A stretch of DNA of 64,000 nt from Chloroflexota bacterium (lineage in GTDB: Bacteria; Chloroflexota; UBA11872; VXOZ01), in NCBI GenBank assembly GCA_965221905.1, contig OZ244922.1, positions 352,001 to 416,000 of the forward strand, in the 5' to 3' direction. Both the position numbers and the translations under genes were made by a program. Positions 19,975 through 30,093 of this stretch are shown piece by piece; the first letter of the stretch is position 1; the number at the start of each line of letters is the position of its first letter. The notes beneath the pieces are model-generated. The model made no database searches. It worked only from the letters and a program-made list of their open reading frames with translations, and had not been told where the DNA came from.

Positions 19975-20604
19975 ATGACCGGTAAACGCGCACTCGATCT
20001 TCGACTCTACGTCGTGCTTGACCCGGCATTAGCCCGGGGGCGATCGGTGGTAGAGATTGCCCGCCATGCTATCGCCGGTGGGGCTACAGTGCTACAGTTG
20101 CGCGACAAACACTCCACCGACCGTGCAGTCTTGGCCGCGGCAACGGAAATTGCGCACCACTGCCGCACTGCACGCATACCCTTCATTATGAACGACCGCG
20201 TGGACATTGCTTGGGCGTCCGGCGCGGATGGCGTCCACCTCGGTCACGATGATCTGCCGCCTGCTCTAGCCCGCAAGCTGCTGGGAGAACGGGCGATCAT
20301 CGGCATGTCAGCGGGAAGTGAAACAGAATTGAAAGCAGCGTTGCCTGGGCAACCGGACTATCTTGGCGTGGGCCCTATGTATGCTACGTGCACGAAGAGC
20401 GATGCCGGTGCACCGGTAGGACCCGCCATGATGCGCACGCTGCGGCAGGCCGCGCCCGGAATCCCCCTGGTGGGTATCGGCGGCATCACGCGGGAGAACG
20501 CAGCGGCAGTGATGGCGGCAGGCGCTGACGGTATTGCCGTGGTCTCGGCGGTGGTGGCAGCGCGCGACGTGGAAGCCGCCACGCGCGCCCTGTGCGGTCT
20601 ATAG
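19975..20604 (+). CDS. thiE: Thiamine-phosphate synthase
   Basis: QLRDK, NDRVDIA, GVHLGHDD, TCTKSDA, GIGGI. Confidence 0.92.
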   Translation: MTGKRALDLRLYVVLDPALARGRSVVEIARHAIAGGATVLQLRDKHSTDRAVLAAATEIAHHCRTARIPFIMNDRVDIAWASGADGVHLGHDDLPPALARKLLGERAIIGMSAGSETELKAALPGQPDYLGVGPMYATCTKSDAGAPVGPAMMRTLRQAAPGIPLVGIGGITRENAAAVMAAGADGIAVVSAVVAARDVEAATRALCGL

Positions 20605-20802
20605 CGTGCGAACCACGTGCTTAGTCTCGCTTACTATCGCTGCCTCTCTGCGGATCGCTATGCCGACACCGACCTGTTATTTCCCAAGCTATCCGTGCTT
20701 GTTTCTAACGCTAGGCGTCGTTTATGCTCGATAGAGAAGGGTATTGTTGCAGTTCCCCGGCTCCTTATCCCTTCGCTTGCTTGGCATAGGGAAGACAACT
20801 CG

Positions 20803-22776
20803 ATGACCTCCATGAACGAGAACAATCAGCGTACACGCTATGACGTAATTGTCGTGGGCGCCGGTCATGCCGGCTGTGAGGCGGCGCTGGCGGCGGCGCG
20901 TATGGGCTGCAGGATTCTCGTCGTGACCGGCGATCGCGATCGCATCGCGTTCATGCCCTGCAATCCCTCGATTGGCGGTCCGGCCAAAGGACATCTGGTG
21001 CGGGAGATCGATGCCCTTGGCGGCGAAATGGGTAAGAACACCGACCGCACCCTGATCCAGATTCGCCTGCTCAACAGCAGCAAGGGACCCGCCGTACAGG
21101 CGCTGCGCGCCCAGTGCGACAAACACCTTTACGCCCAGTCCATGCGCCAAGTGCTGGAGAACCAGCAAAACCTGACGATCCACGACGGCTTGGTAGAAGA
21201 TCTGCTCACGGGCGATGCGCCGGAGGGGCACCGGATTACCGGTGTGGAAACCAAGGACGGTCGCGCCTTCTACGCACAGACAGTGGTGCTCACCACCGGC
21301 ACCTTCTTGCAGGGCATGCTGATCACGGGAGAGAAGCGCATTGGCGGCGGCCGCGAGGGCGAAGCACCGGCGCAGGGCCTTTCGCATGCATTGCGACGCT
21401 TGGGCTTTCGTCTCCGCCGCCTGAAGACCGGCACACCGCCCCGCGTTCTGGCCGAAAGTATCGACTTTTCGCTCACAACGCCGCAACCCGGCTCACCGCA
21501 GCCGCTGCGATTCTCGTTCACGCCTCTGCGAGATGAGGAACTCCGGCGTGATGTGCCGGACCCGGTCTACCCCTTTCAGACTAATACGCCCTGGCGGCGG
21601 CAGATGGTCTGCTATTTGGTGCACACGAATCCGGCAACCCACGCCATCATTCGTGCAAACCTCCACCGGGCGCCGATGTTCAATGGCGCTATTAGCGGTG
21701 TGGGGCCCCGCTATTGTCCTTCTCTAGAGGACAAAATCGTGCGGTTTGCGCATAAAGAATCCCACCAACTATTCCTCGAGCCCGAGGGATTCACGACCCA
21801 TGAAGTGTACGTGCAGGGGGCGAACACCAGCTTGCCTGAGGACGTGCAAGCAGCCATGCTGCGCACCGTACCCGCTCTGCGCCACGCGGAGATTGTGCGC
21901 CACGGCTACGCCGTGGAATACGACCACGTGGTTACGGACCAAACGAGCGTCACATTGGAAGCCAAGTCGGTTTCCGGACTCTTCTTTGCGGGGCAGATAA
22001 ACGGCACGTCCGGCTATGAAGAAGCAGCGGCGCAGGGGCTCATTGCCGGCATAAACGCCGCGCGGGGCGTGCAAGGCAAGCCGCCCATCGTGCTTGGGCG
22101 CGACCAAGCGTACATAGGCGTGATGCTGGACGACCTCGTGAGCCAGGAGCACCAGGAACCTTACCGCCTCTTCACTTCTCGGGCGGAGTACCGGCTGCTG
22201 CTGCGGCACGACAATGCCGACCTGCGCCTTACGTCCCTGGGCTACGAGATCGGCCTGATCAGCCCCGAGCGCCATGCCGGCGTGTTGGCAAAACGGGAGC
22301 AGATTGCGCATACCCTAGACCGTTTGCGCCGGCACCGGATTACTCCTTCACCCAGCACGAATAGCGCATTGACCGAAGCCGGCGTACAACCACTCAGCAG
22401 CCAAACCAAGGCGCTGAGCATACTGCAACGTCCGCGCGCGCGATACGCCGTTGTCGCCGCACTCATGGGCGATCAGACTGACGGCCTCGATCCCGAAGTA
22501 GTAACGCAAATCGAGCTTGAAGCACGCTACGCGGGTTACGTGGAACGGCAACAGGCCCAGGTACGCAAGATGGCGCGCATGGAAGGCTTAGCACTACCGC
22601 AGGACATGGACTATGAACAACTGCTTTCCCTGCGGGTGGAAGCACGCCAAAAGCTGGGACAGTTCCAGCCGCGTACGATTGGGCAGGCCGCGCGTATCGC
22701 AGGTGTCACTCCAGCGGACATTGCTGTACTGATGGTGCACGCCCGCCGGCATACGGCAAGAGCAGCGGTGCGGTGA
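20803..22776 (+). CDS. mnmG: tRNA uridine-5-carboxymethylaminomethyl(34) synthesis enzyme MnmG (GidA)
   Basis: GAGHAGCEAA, CNPSIGGPAKG, GPRYCPSLEDK, GQINGTSGYEEAAAQG, TSRAEYRL. Confidence 0.97.
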   Translation: MTSMNENNQRTRYDVIVVGAGHAGCEAALAAARMGCRILVVTGDRDRIAFMPCNPSIGGPAKGHLVREIDALGGEMGKNTDRTLIQIRLLNSSKGPAVQALRAQCDKHLYAQSMRQVLENQQNLTIHDGLVEDLLTGDAPEGHRITGVETKDGRAFYAQTVVLTTGTFLQGMLITGEKRIGGGREGEAPAQGLSHALRRLGFRLRRLKTGTPPRVLAESIDFSLTTPQPGSPQPLRFSFTPLRDEELRRDVPDPVYPFQTNTPWRRQMVCYLVHTNPATHAIIRANLHRAPMFNGAISGVGPRYCPSLEDKIVRFAHKESHQLFLEPEGFTTHEVYVQGANTSLPEDVQAAMLRTVPALRHAEIVRHGYAVEYDHVVTDQTSVTLEAKSVSGLFFAGQINGTSGYEEAAAQGLIAGINAARGVQGKPPIVLGRDQAYIGVMLDDLVSQEHQEPYRLFTSRAEYRLLLRHDNADLRLTSLGYEIGLISPERHAGVLAKREQIAHTLDRLRRHRITPSPSTNSALTEAGVQPLSSQTKALSILQRPRARYAVVAALMGDQTDGLDPEVVTQIELEARYAGYVERQQAQVRKMARMEGLALPQDMDYEQLLSLRVEARQKLGQFQPRTIGQAARIAGVTPADIAVLMVHARRHTARAAVR

Positions 22777-22993
22777 GCAGCGATCAGACCAAGCGCGAGC
22801 GTGCCGACTGCGTGGGGCTCCACCACCATGCGCGCGGTTTCAAGCACATGTCCTCTTGGCCAAGACCGGTCAAGAGCGTTTCGATAGTTGGTTAAGCCGA
22901 ACAACTGCCCGTTCGAGAATTAGAGTGGCGTGCGGCGTGTGCGCATATAATGTAGTCATCGACCATCAATTTTCATCTTGAGGCGCTTCAAAC

Positions 22994-24397
22994 GTGAGTG
23001 TTCTCGAACTCTCATTCGCAGACATACCACCCGGCGAGATACAGGATGACATGCCAAGCGCAACGGCTCACCCTGGTGAGAATACCCGTGCCCTTGCGCT
23101 GCTTCTTGGCGCGGCCTTGGCGTTGATGCTTGTTTGGACGGCAGTTGTGCCGTTTGACAAAGGCCCCGACGAGGCGGAACACTACCGGGTCGCACACTTC
23201 ATCTATGCGAACGGTCGCCTGCCCGTGTTCGCTCCCGACGGCGACATGTACGGATATGTTGTGAATGCCGAAGAAGCGTTTATATCCTATGCCGCGCTTC
23301 CCGGTTTCAACTACGTACTCTCCGCGCTCGCTATGCGACTCGTTCTGACCGATGACCCGTACGCATTGCTCTACGCGGCACGATTCGTCTCGACTCTCGC
23401 CGTATTGGCGACAATCTACCTAGCGTTTCGCACAGCATGCCTGCTCTTTCCTATGCGTCCCGACATAGCACGCGGCACGGCGCTAATACTTGTGCTCATT
23501 CCTCAGGTGACCCTCACCGGCGCCTACGTGAACCAAGATGCGTACACCATGGCTGTGTGCAGTTGGACCATCTATTTCTTGCTTGCCGGTTGGAAAGAGG
23601 GTTGGACCGCAGGGCGCGCCGCATGGCTGGGTGTAGCTTTGGGACTGGTGCTGCTGGGCAGGCTGAATGGCTACGTGGTCATTCCTTTTGCGTTGCTTGT
23701 TGCCGCACTCTCGCTGCGTGGCGGCGTCGGTATTGTCCTGTTACGGCTGTTCATCACGGGCTCGGTGGCTACGCTCGTTTCCGGTTGGTGGTTCGTGCGC
23801 AGTTACTTGCAGACCGGCGATCCAATTGGCATCCAAGCGGTTATGGAAGCGTGGCGCGCGCTCGCGCCGCTGCGTCGTGCTCCACGAGAGATCGGTGTGT
23901 CTTTCTTAGACATTCTGCGGGGTGATACTCCCTACCTCGTCTTCCGCACCTTTTGGGGCGCATTTGGGCAGTTGGAAGTCTACTTTCTCTGGCCCTACTA
24001 TGTGCTTCTCGGTCTGCTTACCCTCGGTGCTGGGGCCGGTCTAGCGTGGGGTCTAGTGCAGTGGTTTGCCGGTCCGAGACCTTTGCATGCGTTGTTTGAT
24101 CGCGAATATGCGCGGAATCAGGCGTTTCTAGCGGCAGCCGTCGCACTCCTCGGCATGCTTGTGCTTGGCATGGTAGCGCTCGTGTTCTGGCAAGCATGGG
24201 CCACGTCGTTTGCCACCCAGGGACGCTATCTCTTCCCTGCGGTAGTGCCGATCGTGCTCTTCATTACGCTTGGCATCACCGCGCTACCGTTGGGTAGAGT
24301 GCTCCAGCCGCTGGCCCTTGGGTGCGCCATTGCTTTCTTGTTCGTGCTAAATCTAATCGGTCTCTTTGCGTATACGGTACCGACCTACTATCTCTAA
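22994..24397 (+). CDS. GT-C (ArnT/PMT/DUF2142-like) membrane glycosyltransferase
   Basis: PDEAEH after the first TM, multiple TM helices, VNQD, QGRYLFP. Confidence 0.75.
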   Translation: MSVLELSFADIPPGEIQDDMPSATAHPGENTRALALLLGAALALMLVWTAVVPFDKGPDEAEHYRVAHFIYANGRLPVFAPDGDMYGYVVNAEEAFISYAALPGFNYVLSALAMRLVLTDDPYALLYAARFVSTLAVLATIYLAFRTACLLFPMRPDIARGTALILVLIPQVTLTGAYVNQDAYTMAVCSWTIYFLLAGWKEGWTAGRAAWLGVALGLVLLGRLNGYVVIPFALLVAALSLRGGVGIVLLRLFITGSVATLVSGWWFVRSYLQTGDPIGIQAVMEAWRALAPLRRAPREIGVSFLDILRGDTPYLVFRTFWGAFGQLEVYFLWPYYVLLGLLTLGAGAGLAWGLVQWFAGPRPLHALFDREYARNQAFLAAAVALLGMLVLGMVALVFWQAWATSFATQGRYLFPAVVPIVLFITLGITALPLGRVLQPLALGCAIAFLFVLNLIGLFAYTVPTYYL

Positions 24398-25687
24398 ATG
24401 CTCTACCGCGTTTTCATTGTCATCGGAATGCTGGTGTCCGCAGTGTTGTGGGCGGGGTTTGGTTGGCAGGTGCTGGGCAGGCACCATGTCATTCCGTACG
24501 ACCCGCCGCTGCGGTGCTTGCACGTAGCGCTTCCCGTTGCACCCGGCCATACGCTTTCGCAGACAATCCTCGGGCGCTCGCACGGTCTCAGGGGGGTCGC
24601 ATTAGCATTTCGCACAACGTCGGCGGCTACGGTAGCGGTAGCAATTCATGAAGAAGCTCCAAACGGCAAGCCTACTCCGTTGGCAGCAGCTTCTCTGGCA
24701 CTGCCGGCCAACCATCCTTTCTACACAGTTCACGTCGTCTTTCCCACTCAACTTGAATCGGAAGGCAAGACGTATGCCGTGCATGTGCGAGGACTGGATG
24801 AACAGGGCGAGTCAGGCGGTGGCCTGGATACCGCGCCGTTGGCGTGGTCGTGCTGGAGCGATGCGTTCGCGTACGGCGAATTGCTGGTGGATGGCGAGCT
24901 TGCCCACGGCGATCTGTTCCTCCAGCCGCTCTATCAGCGTGGCGCGGCCGGCGCGGTGCAGGCAATCGTGGCACGGTTTCAAGGGATTCGCGTCGGCGTG
25001 TTCCCCGCTTGGCTATGGTGGGCCTGCCTTATCGTCGCCCTTCTCGGCATGCCAACGCTGGTAGTTTGGGCCGCGGGTGGGCGCGTGGGGTCCCTGCCCA
25101 ATCTCATTGCACTGCTCATCGTGCTCCCTCTCGTGGGCCTCGCCGTTTATTGGGGCGATCCTCGGCTGCACCGGCCGGTGGTACAGGCCGGCGAGCCGGC
25201 AAGTGTTGTCGAGGCATCAACGCCAACGACGGTTAACCTACTTCACGAGTTGCGAAAGCAGGCGGTGGGGGAGATTGCGCCGCAGGAAACGTGGGACCGG
25301 CATCTCACGTTCGCACTGGAGCCGGTGACACGTGACAATGGAGAACGCCGACTAGTGCTGCGCACCAGTGTCAATACCACAGCGACGTGGCGCAAAGTTA
25401 CTATCCCGCCGGATGCAGTGCTCTCACTTGAGGCCGTTGTGGATCAGGGACAATGGACGACAGACGACGGGCCCATTGTCGTGCGCGTCACTGCGACCGC
25501 TGACGGCGTAATGCTCTTGGACGTGCGGGAGACCCTCATCGACGAGCAGGGAGAGTCGCATCGGCTAATGCAGACACTCGACCTCTCAGCCCACACAGGC
25601 CAAACTCTCACGCTGACACTCGCCACGCAGGGCGAGACGCGGAACAGCGCTAACATGGTGATCTGGTCCGGACTACTCCTGCAATAA
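24398..25687 (+). CDS. Hypothetical membrane protein with extracytoplasmic domains
   Basis: Starts immediately after the GT-C stop; three hydrophobic segments. Confidence 0.65.
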   Translation: MLYRVFIVIGMLVSAVLWAGFGWQVLGRHHVIPYDPPLRCLHVALPVAPGHTLSQTILGRSHGLRGVALAFRTTSAATVAVAIHEEAPNGKPTPLAAASLALPANHPFYTVHVVFPTQLESEGKTYAVHVRGLDEQGESGGGLDTAPLAWSCWSDAFAYGELLVDGELAHGDLFLQPLYQRGAAGAVQAIVARFQGIRVGVFPAWLWWACLIVALLGMPTLVVWAAGGRVGSLPNLIALLIVLPLVGLAVYWGDPRLHRPVVQAGEPASVVEASTPTTVNLLHELRKQAVGEIAPQETWDRHLTFALEPVTRDNGERRLVLRTSVNTTATWRKVTIPPDAVLSLEAVVDQGQWTTDDGPIVVRVTATADGVMLLDVRETLIDEQGESHRLMQTLDLSAHTGQTLTLTLATQGETRNSANMVIWSGLLLQ

Positions 25688-25737
25688 GCAAAACAGAGCG
25701 CGCTCAATCGACGCATTTCGCGCCGATAGGCAACGCG

Positions 25738-27006
25738 TTAGCTTGCGTGCCGGACTGCCAGCCAGAGGCGGCGGAGGGTCATGCGCTGGCCGTAGATGAG
25801 GATGCCGGCGCGGAAGACGCGGGCGGAAAGCCAAAGCAGCGCTAGGCCGCTCGCGACGGTCACGCCCAGACAGAGCGCGATTTCCCAGAGCGCCACATCG
25901 GTCACGCCAAGCCGGATCATCATGGTGGCGGGAGCGGTAAAGGGGATGAAGGTAAGTATCCGCGCGAATGCGCCATTTGGCGCAAGTGAGATTAGCGAGG
26001 CAAGAATGAGCGGCGCGAGCGCAGGCAGAAGAACAATCGAGGAGAGTGAAGACGCCTCACGCGCCGAGACCGTGGCGGCGCTGATGCCCGCCATCACTAC
26101 CGCAAAGACAAAGTAACCCGCGAGGAAGAAGACGACGATTGCCGCCGCCAATACCGGTGAAAGCGCGAGATCGCCGATATCTGGAAAGGCATTCACAATG
26201 CGCGGGACGAACAATGCCAAGGAGACCAGCCAGACGCCCACTTGCAGCAGGCCGGTAGCGCCCAGTCCAAGCACCTTGCCGGTCATCAAAGCCAGTGGCG
26301 AAACCGACGTGATGAGCACCTCTACGACGCGGTTCTCCTTCTCTTCGGAGACGCTCTGCAGCAAGGTTCCGCTGACCATGTAGATCACCATGATCATGAT
26401 CCACGCCGATAAGAACGGCACCGTAAAGAACTCGAGGATTAGCCCCTCTTCTTCCGCCGCCACGTCGCCAGCGCGCGTAACCTCGAAGCGCGTTAGGTTC
26501 AGGGGGTCTTGCAGGCGTGCAATCCGGTCTGTGGATAGATCGGCAGACGTCAGGGCTTGCAGTAGGATCGCGCGCATGCGGTCTTCGCTGTCGTCTCCGG
26601 CGATGATACTGCTCAAGCCGCTATCCGTGTGGAGCCACTCTACGCGGCCCGTCTGGAGAAAGTCCGCGGGAATGATGAAGAGGTCGTCTACACTACCCTC
26701 TTGCAGCGCGGTGATACCGGCTTGGCGATTGGAAAGAACCTGGAAGTCAGCAGAATTCTGCGGCGCAAATGTCAGGTTGGGGGAGTCGTTGACCACCGCG
26801 ATGGCTCTCCCGCCGTCCGTGCTAGCGGTACTTGCGCTGTCCCCGCTGAAGAGACCGCGCACCAGCGGCATGGCGAGCGCCAATACGAGCACGATTACCA
26901 CCGGCGTAAACGTGATAATGAGGTATTGCTTACGCCGAATATTGCGCCGGAATTCTTCCGACAGGACGATGCTTATTTCGGACCAGAGTCTTTGCACGTC
27001 ATTCAT
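25738..27006 (-). CDS. ABC-2 type (NatB-like) permease
   Basis: SVSEEKENRVVEVLITS, GKVLG, FRAGILIYGQR. Confidence 0.9.
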   Translation of the reverse strand: MNDVQRLWSEISIVLSEEFRRNIRRKQYLIITFTPVVIVLVLALAMPLVRGLFSGDSASTASTDGGRAIAVVNDSPNLTFAPQNSADFQVLSNRQAGITALQEGSVDDLFIIPADFLQTGRVEWLHTDSGLSSIIAGDDSEDRMRAILLQALTSADLSTDRIARLQDPLNLTRFEVTRAGDVAAEEEGLILEFFTVPFLSAWIMIMVIYMVSGTLLQSVSEEKENRVVEVLITSVSPLALMTGKVLGLGATGLLQVGVWLVSLALFVPRIVNAFPDIGDLALSPVLAAAIVVFFLAGYFVFAVVMAGISAATVSAREASSLSSIVLLPALAPLILASLISLAPNGAFARILTFIPFTAPATMMIRLGVTDVALWEIALCLGVTVASGLALLWLSARVFRAGILIYGQRMTLRRLWLAVRHAS

Positions 27007-27039
27007 CCCTCTGCCAACGGTGCGCTACGGCGGCACATC

Positions 27040-27306
27040 CTAGCGGGATAGCAGTTCGAGCGCTGCGATGAGCGCCACACCGGCTGCGATCATGCCCCCC
27101 ATGCGCAGCGTCAGGTCGTGCCGCAGCCGCAACTCCAGCTCCCGCAGGCGCGCGTCCACTTCATCCAGGCGCGCGTCCAGATGGTCTTTGGTCGCCAACG
27201 CGCCATAGCCTTCGCTCCCTACGTCCAGCAGGGCCTGGGCTTGACGCTCCGTGAATCCCGCCTCCACGAGCGTCGTAAACGCCCGGTGAGTGTCGAATAC
27301 GGCCAT
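27040..27306 (-). CDS. DUF1640/CCDC90-like small coiled-coil membrane-anchored protein
   Basis: FDTHRAFTTLVEAGFTERQAQAL, LATKDHL, C-terminal TM. Confidence 0.75.
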   Translation of the reverse strand: MAVFDTHRAFTTLVEAGFTERQAQALLDVGSEGYGALATKDHLDARLDEVDARLRELELRLRHDLTLRMGGMIAAGVALIAALELLSR

Positions 27307-27393
27307 GATTCTTGTTCCTCGCTTTACGCGGTATAATCCCGTCAATACGAATTGTACGTCATACCGACTCCCGCGTGTTCCTTGTACGGTCGC

Positions 27394-28674
27394 TCAGCCC
27401 CCATAACGCAGCGCCGTCCATGCCGCCCGCAAACTCATGCGCTGCCCGTACAGCAGCAAGCCGGCACGGAAGATACGGCTTGCCAGCCAGAGCAAAAGGA
27501 CCGCAGTCACGATCATCAGGCCGAGGCTGAGCGCAATCTCGCTTGGGGCTACCTGGCTGGTTGCCAGGCGCAGCATCATAGCCGTCGCTGCAGTAACGGG
27601 CAGGAACGAGAGCAAGCGAGGCAGCCAATGATCTGCGGACGTCAGGAACAGCGGCATTGCATAGAACGGCGCGGCGAGCGGAATGATGACCAAGGCCGTA
27701 AGCGGACCTGCCTCGGTGGTCGAGGTAGTAGCGGCGCCGATGCCCGCCATGAGAGCGGCTGCAATTGCATAACCGGCAAGATAGAACGCCAACACGAGCA
27801 GCAAGAAGCCAACGTCGATGGGAAAGTCGCCAAGATCCGGGAGAACGCCCGCAAAGCGGGGCACAATCAAGATCACCGCAGCAATCCACACCGACATCTG
27901 TATCAGGCCGGCCAGACCCAGCGCCAGCACCTTGCCCGTCATGATGGCTAGTGGCGAGGCGGAAGTTAGCAAGACCTCCACCATGCGGTTTTCCTTCTCT
28001 TCCGAGACGGTCTGGAGCAGAATCGTGCCGTAGGCAATCAGGGTAAAGATCAGCGCGATGGCGAAGCCTTGACCTACTAAGAATGAAACAGCAACCGCTG
28101 CGCCGCTTTCCTCCTCTATCGCACCATCATCTGACACCGTGACGCGCTGAAATTGCGGACGGGCGAGCGCCTGCTCCCTGTGCTCGGGCGACTGAGTCTC
28201 TCCTAGGAGTGCGTCAGTCAGGATGAGGCGCAGTTGCTGCCGGCCGGCTCCCCCATCGTTGGTGTAGTAGTACTCGATGTGCCCGGTGGCGACATAGTCC
28301 GGTAGGATAACGAAAAGTTCGTTGATCTCCCCGGTTTTCAGATCGTCCAGGCCAGTCGCCGTCTCGGTGTAGACTCGGAACTCCGGAATCTCGCTGTAAT
28401 CTACGGCGAGGTCGGTCGCCTGCATGACAATGCCGACGGGCGCATCGGAAGCGCCTTGGCCAGACTCATTCGCGGTAGTGCTTGCGCTGCTACCGGCGGC
28501 ACCTGAGTCTGCAATGTCATCTTCCACAAGGCCTCTAACAACAGGTATTGCAATCCAGATTAGGAGGAGCAAGACCGGAATTGCCAGCGTGGCGATCAGA
28601 AACCCCTTGCCGCCTATCTGTTTGCGGAATTCGTGCGCAAACACGATGCGAGTGCCGTCAAGCGCTGCGGGCAC
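27394..28674 (-). CDS. ABC-2 type (NatB-like) permease
   Basis: TVSEEKENRMVEVLLTS, GKVLALG; paralog of 25738-27006. Confidence 0.9.
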   Translation of the reverse strand: MPAALDGTRIVFAHEFRKQIGGKGFLIATLAIPVLLLLIWIAIPVVRGLVEDDIADSGAAGSSASTTANESGQGASDAPVGIVMQATDLAVDYSEIPEFRVYTETATGLDDLKTGEINELFVILPDYVATGHIEYYYTNDGGAGRQQLRLILTDALLGETQSPEHREQALARPQFQRVTVSDDGAIEEESGAAVAVSFLVGQGFAIALIFTLIAYGTILLQTVSEEKENRMVEVLLTSASPLAIMTGKVLALGLAGLIQMSVWIAAVILIVPRFAGVLPDLGDFPIDVGFLLLVLAFYLAGYAIAAALMAGIGAATTSTTEAGPLTALVIIPLAAPFYAMPLFLTSADHWLPRLLSFLPVTAATAMMLRLATSQVAPSEIALSLGLMIVTAVLLLWLASRIFRAGLLLYGQRMSLRAAWTALRYGG

Positions 28675-29560
28675 GACTCACCTCTTCGATGAACATTTCG
28701 CGCAAGGAGGGCAAAGCAACTTCAAACCGCTCCACCGGAATACCGTTATCCAGGAAGGTACGGAGAACCGTATTGGGGTCAACGCCATCGGTGAGCATGT
28801 ACTCAAACTGTCCGTCCGCAACCTTGGCGTTGCTGACACCGGGCACGTCTGCCGGTTGCCGCGGCGCAGTTACGCGAATGCTCTGTATGCCGCGCGCGCG
28901 CTTTAGCTCATCGAGCACGCCGTAGAGCAACACCGCGCCGGAACTGATGAGCACGACACGCTCGCACATTTCCTCCACGTCTTCCATGTCGTGGGAACTG
29001 AAGATGATTGAGGCGCCGCGCTGCTGTTGCTCGCTGATGATCTCCTTCATCACCTGCACGTTCAGAGGGTCGAGCCCGGAGAAGGGTTCGTCCAGAATGA
29101 TGAGGTCTGGCAGGTGTAGGAGCGCGCTGGCAAACTGGGCAAGCTGGTTCATGCCGCGTGAGAGCGCCTGCACCTTCTTGGCGCGGTGTTCGTAGAGGCC
29201 GACGCGTTGCAACATAGCGTCGGTCCGAGCCTGCGCATCTTTATTGCTCAGACCTTTGAGTCGCCCCAGGTAACGGAGCACATCACGGAGGACCGCTTTC
29301 TGATAAAGTCCGCGCTCCTCGGGCAGGTAGCCGACCCGTTGCAACGCCTGCCGCGTGGGCGCGCTGCCAAATAGGGCAACCGCGCCGGTATCGGGGTGGA
29401 TGATGTCCAGAGCCATGCGAATGGTGGTAGTCTTGCCGGCCCCGTTGGGCCCCACGAGACCCAGAATCTCCTGCGGCTCCACCGTGAAGGAGACATCATC
29501 GACGACCGTATTGCGGGCATAGACTTTGGTTACGCCCTCAATTGCGAGTGCGCTTGCCAC
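28658..29560 (-). CDS. ABC-2 transporter ATP-binding protein
   Basis: GPNGAGKTT, LSRGM, ILDEPFSGLDP. Confidence 0.95.
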   Translation of the reverse strand: MASALAIEGVTKVYARNTVVDDVSFTVEPQEILGLVGPNGAGKTTTIRMALDIIHPDTGAVALFGSAPTRQALQRVGYLPEERGLYQKAVLRDVLRYLGRLKGLSNKDAQARTDAMLQRVGLYEHRAKKVQALSRGMNQLAQFASALLHLPDLIILDEPFSGLDPLNVQVMKEIISEQQQRGASIIFSSHDMEDVEEMCERVVLISSGAVLLYGVLDELKRARGIQSIRVTAPRQPADVPGVSNAKVADGQFEYMLTDGVDPNTVLRTFLDNGIPVERFEVALPSLREMFIEEVSRARSA

Positions 29561-29650
29561 GAGCAGGGCTCCTTTGTCGCAGGCTTACCGGATATTGTTG
29601 GTTTGTATTTATTATACCTTGCATAAAGCACGTTTAATATACTTTTCGTA

Positions 29651-29680
29651 ATGCCAATGGTAAAAATGCCAATGGTAAAA
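29651..29680. promoter_or_regulatory. 15-bp tandem direct repeat upstream of the ABC operon (possible regulator site)
   Basis: ATGCCAATGGTAAAA twice, in an AT-rich promoter region. Confidence 0.4.
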
Positions 29681-30093
29681 CTTGCATATCGAATTGGGGT
29701 TTACGCTTGGTGGCATTCCAATGATCGCACAATCCCGCAGGCAAGAGACAACGGCCCCAGATGTGTGAAGCCGACCACACGCTGACTAGGTGCTCTGTAG
29801 CGCGGGGATGCAGTAATCAGTTCGATGAGGATTCTCTGGGTAAAGGGCGGATTCCTGATAATGGAGACGTTGGCATGCCGCTGATTGAAGCGAACAATTC
29901 CATCTCCCTGTGAGGGAGTGGGCCAGAACCTGCCTCGTACTTGATACGGGGCTGAGAGTGAGTCCGATCAACCCGACCGGATAACAGCCGGCAATTGGCG
30001 GAGCTTAGGTTCTGCTTGCGCAGGAGAGGACCAACCGCACAAGAGGTCCAGACGGCACTGACGCTGCGGGGCTCAATGTGCCGGCCGTAGAAC

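Noticed and set aside
29945-30000. TPP riboswitch (CTGAGA...CCGGATAACAGCCGG)
   Set aside because: No P4 CCUGAU/AGGGA pairing, the upstream GGGG belongs to an inserted hairpin repeat, and there is no downstream co-oriented gene
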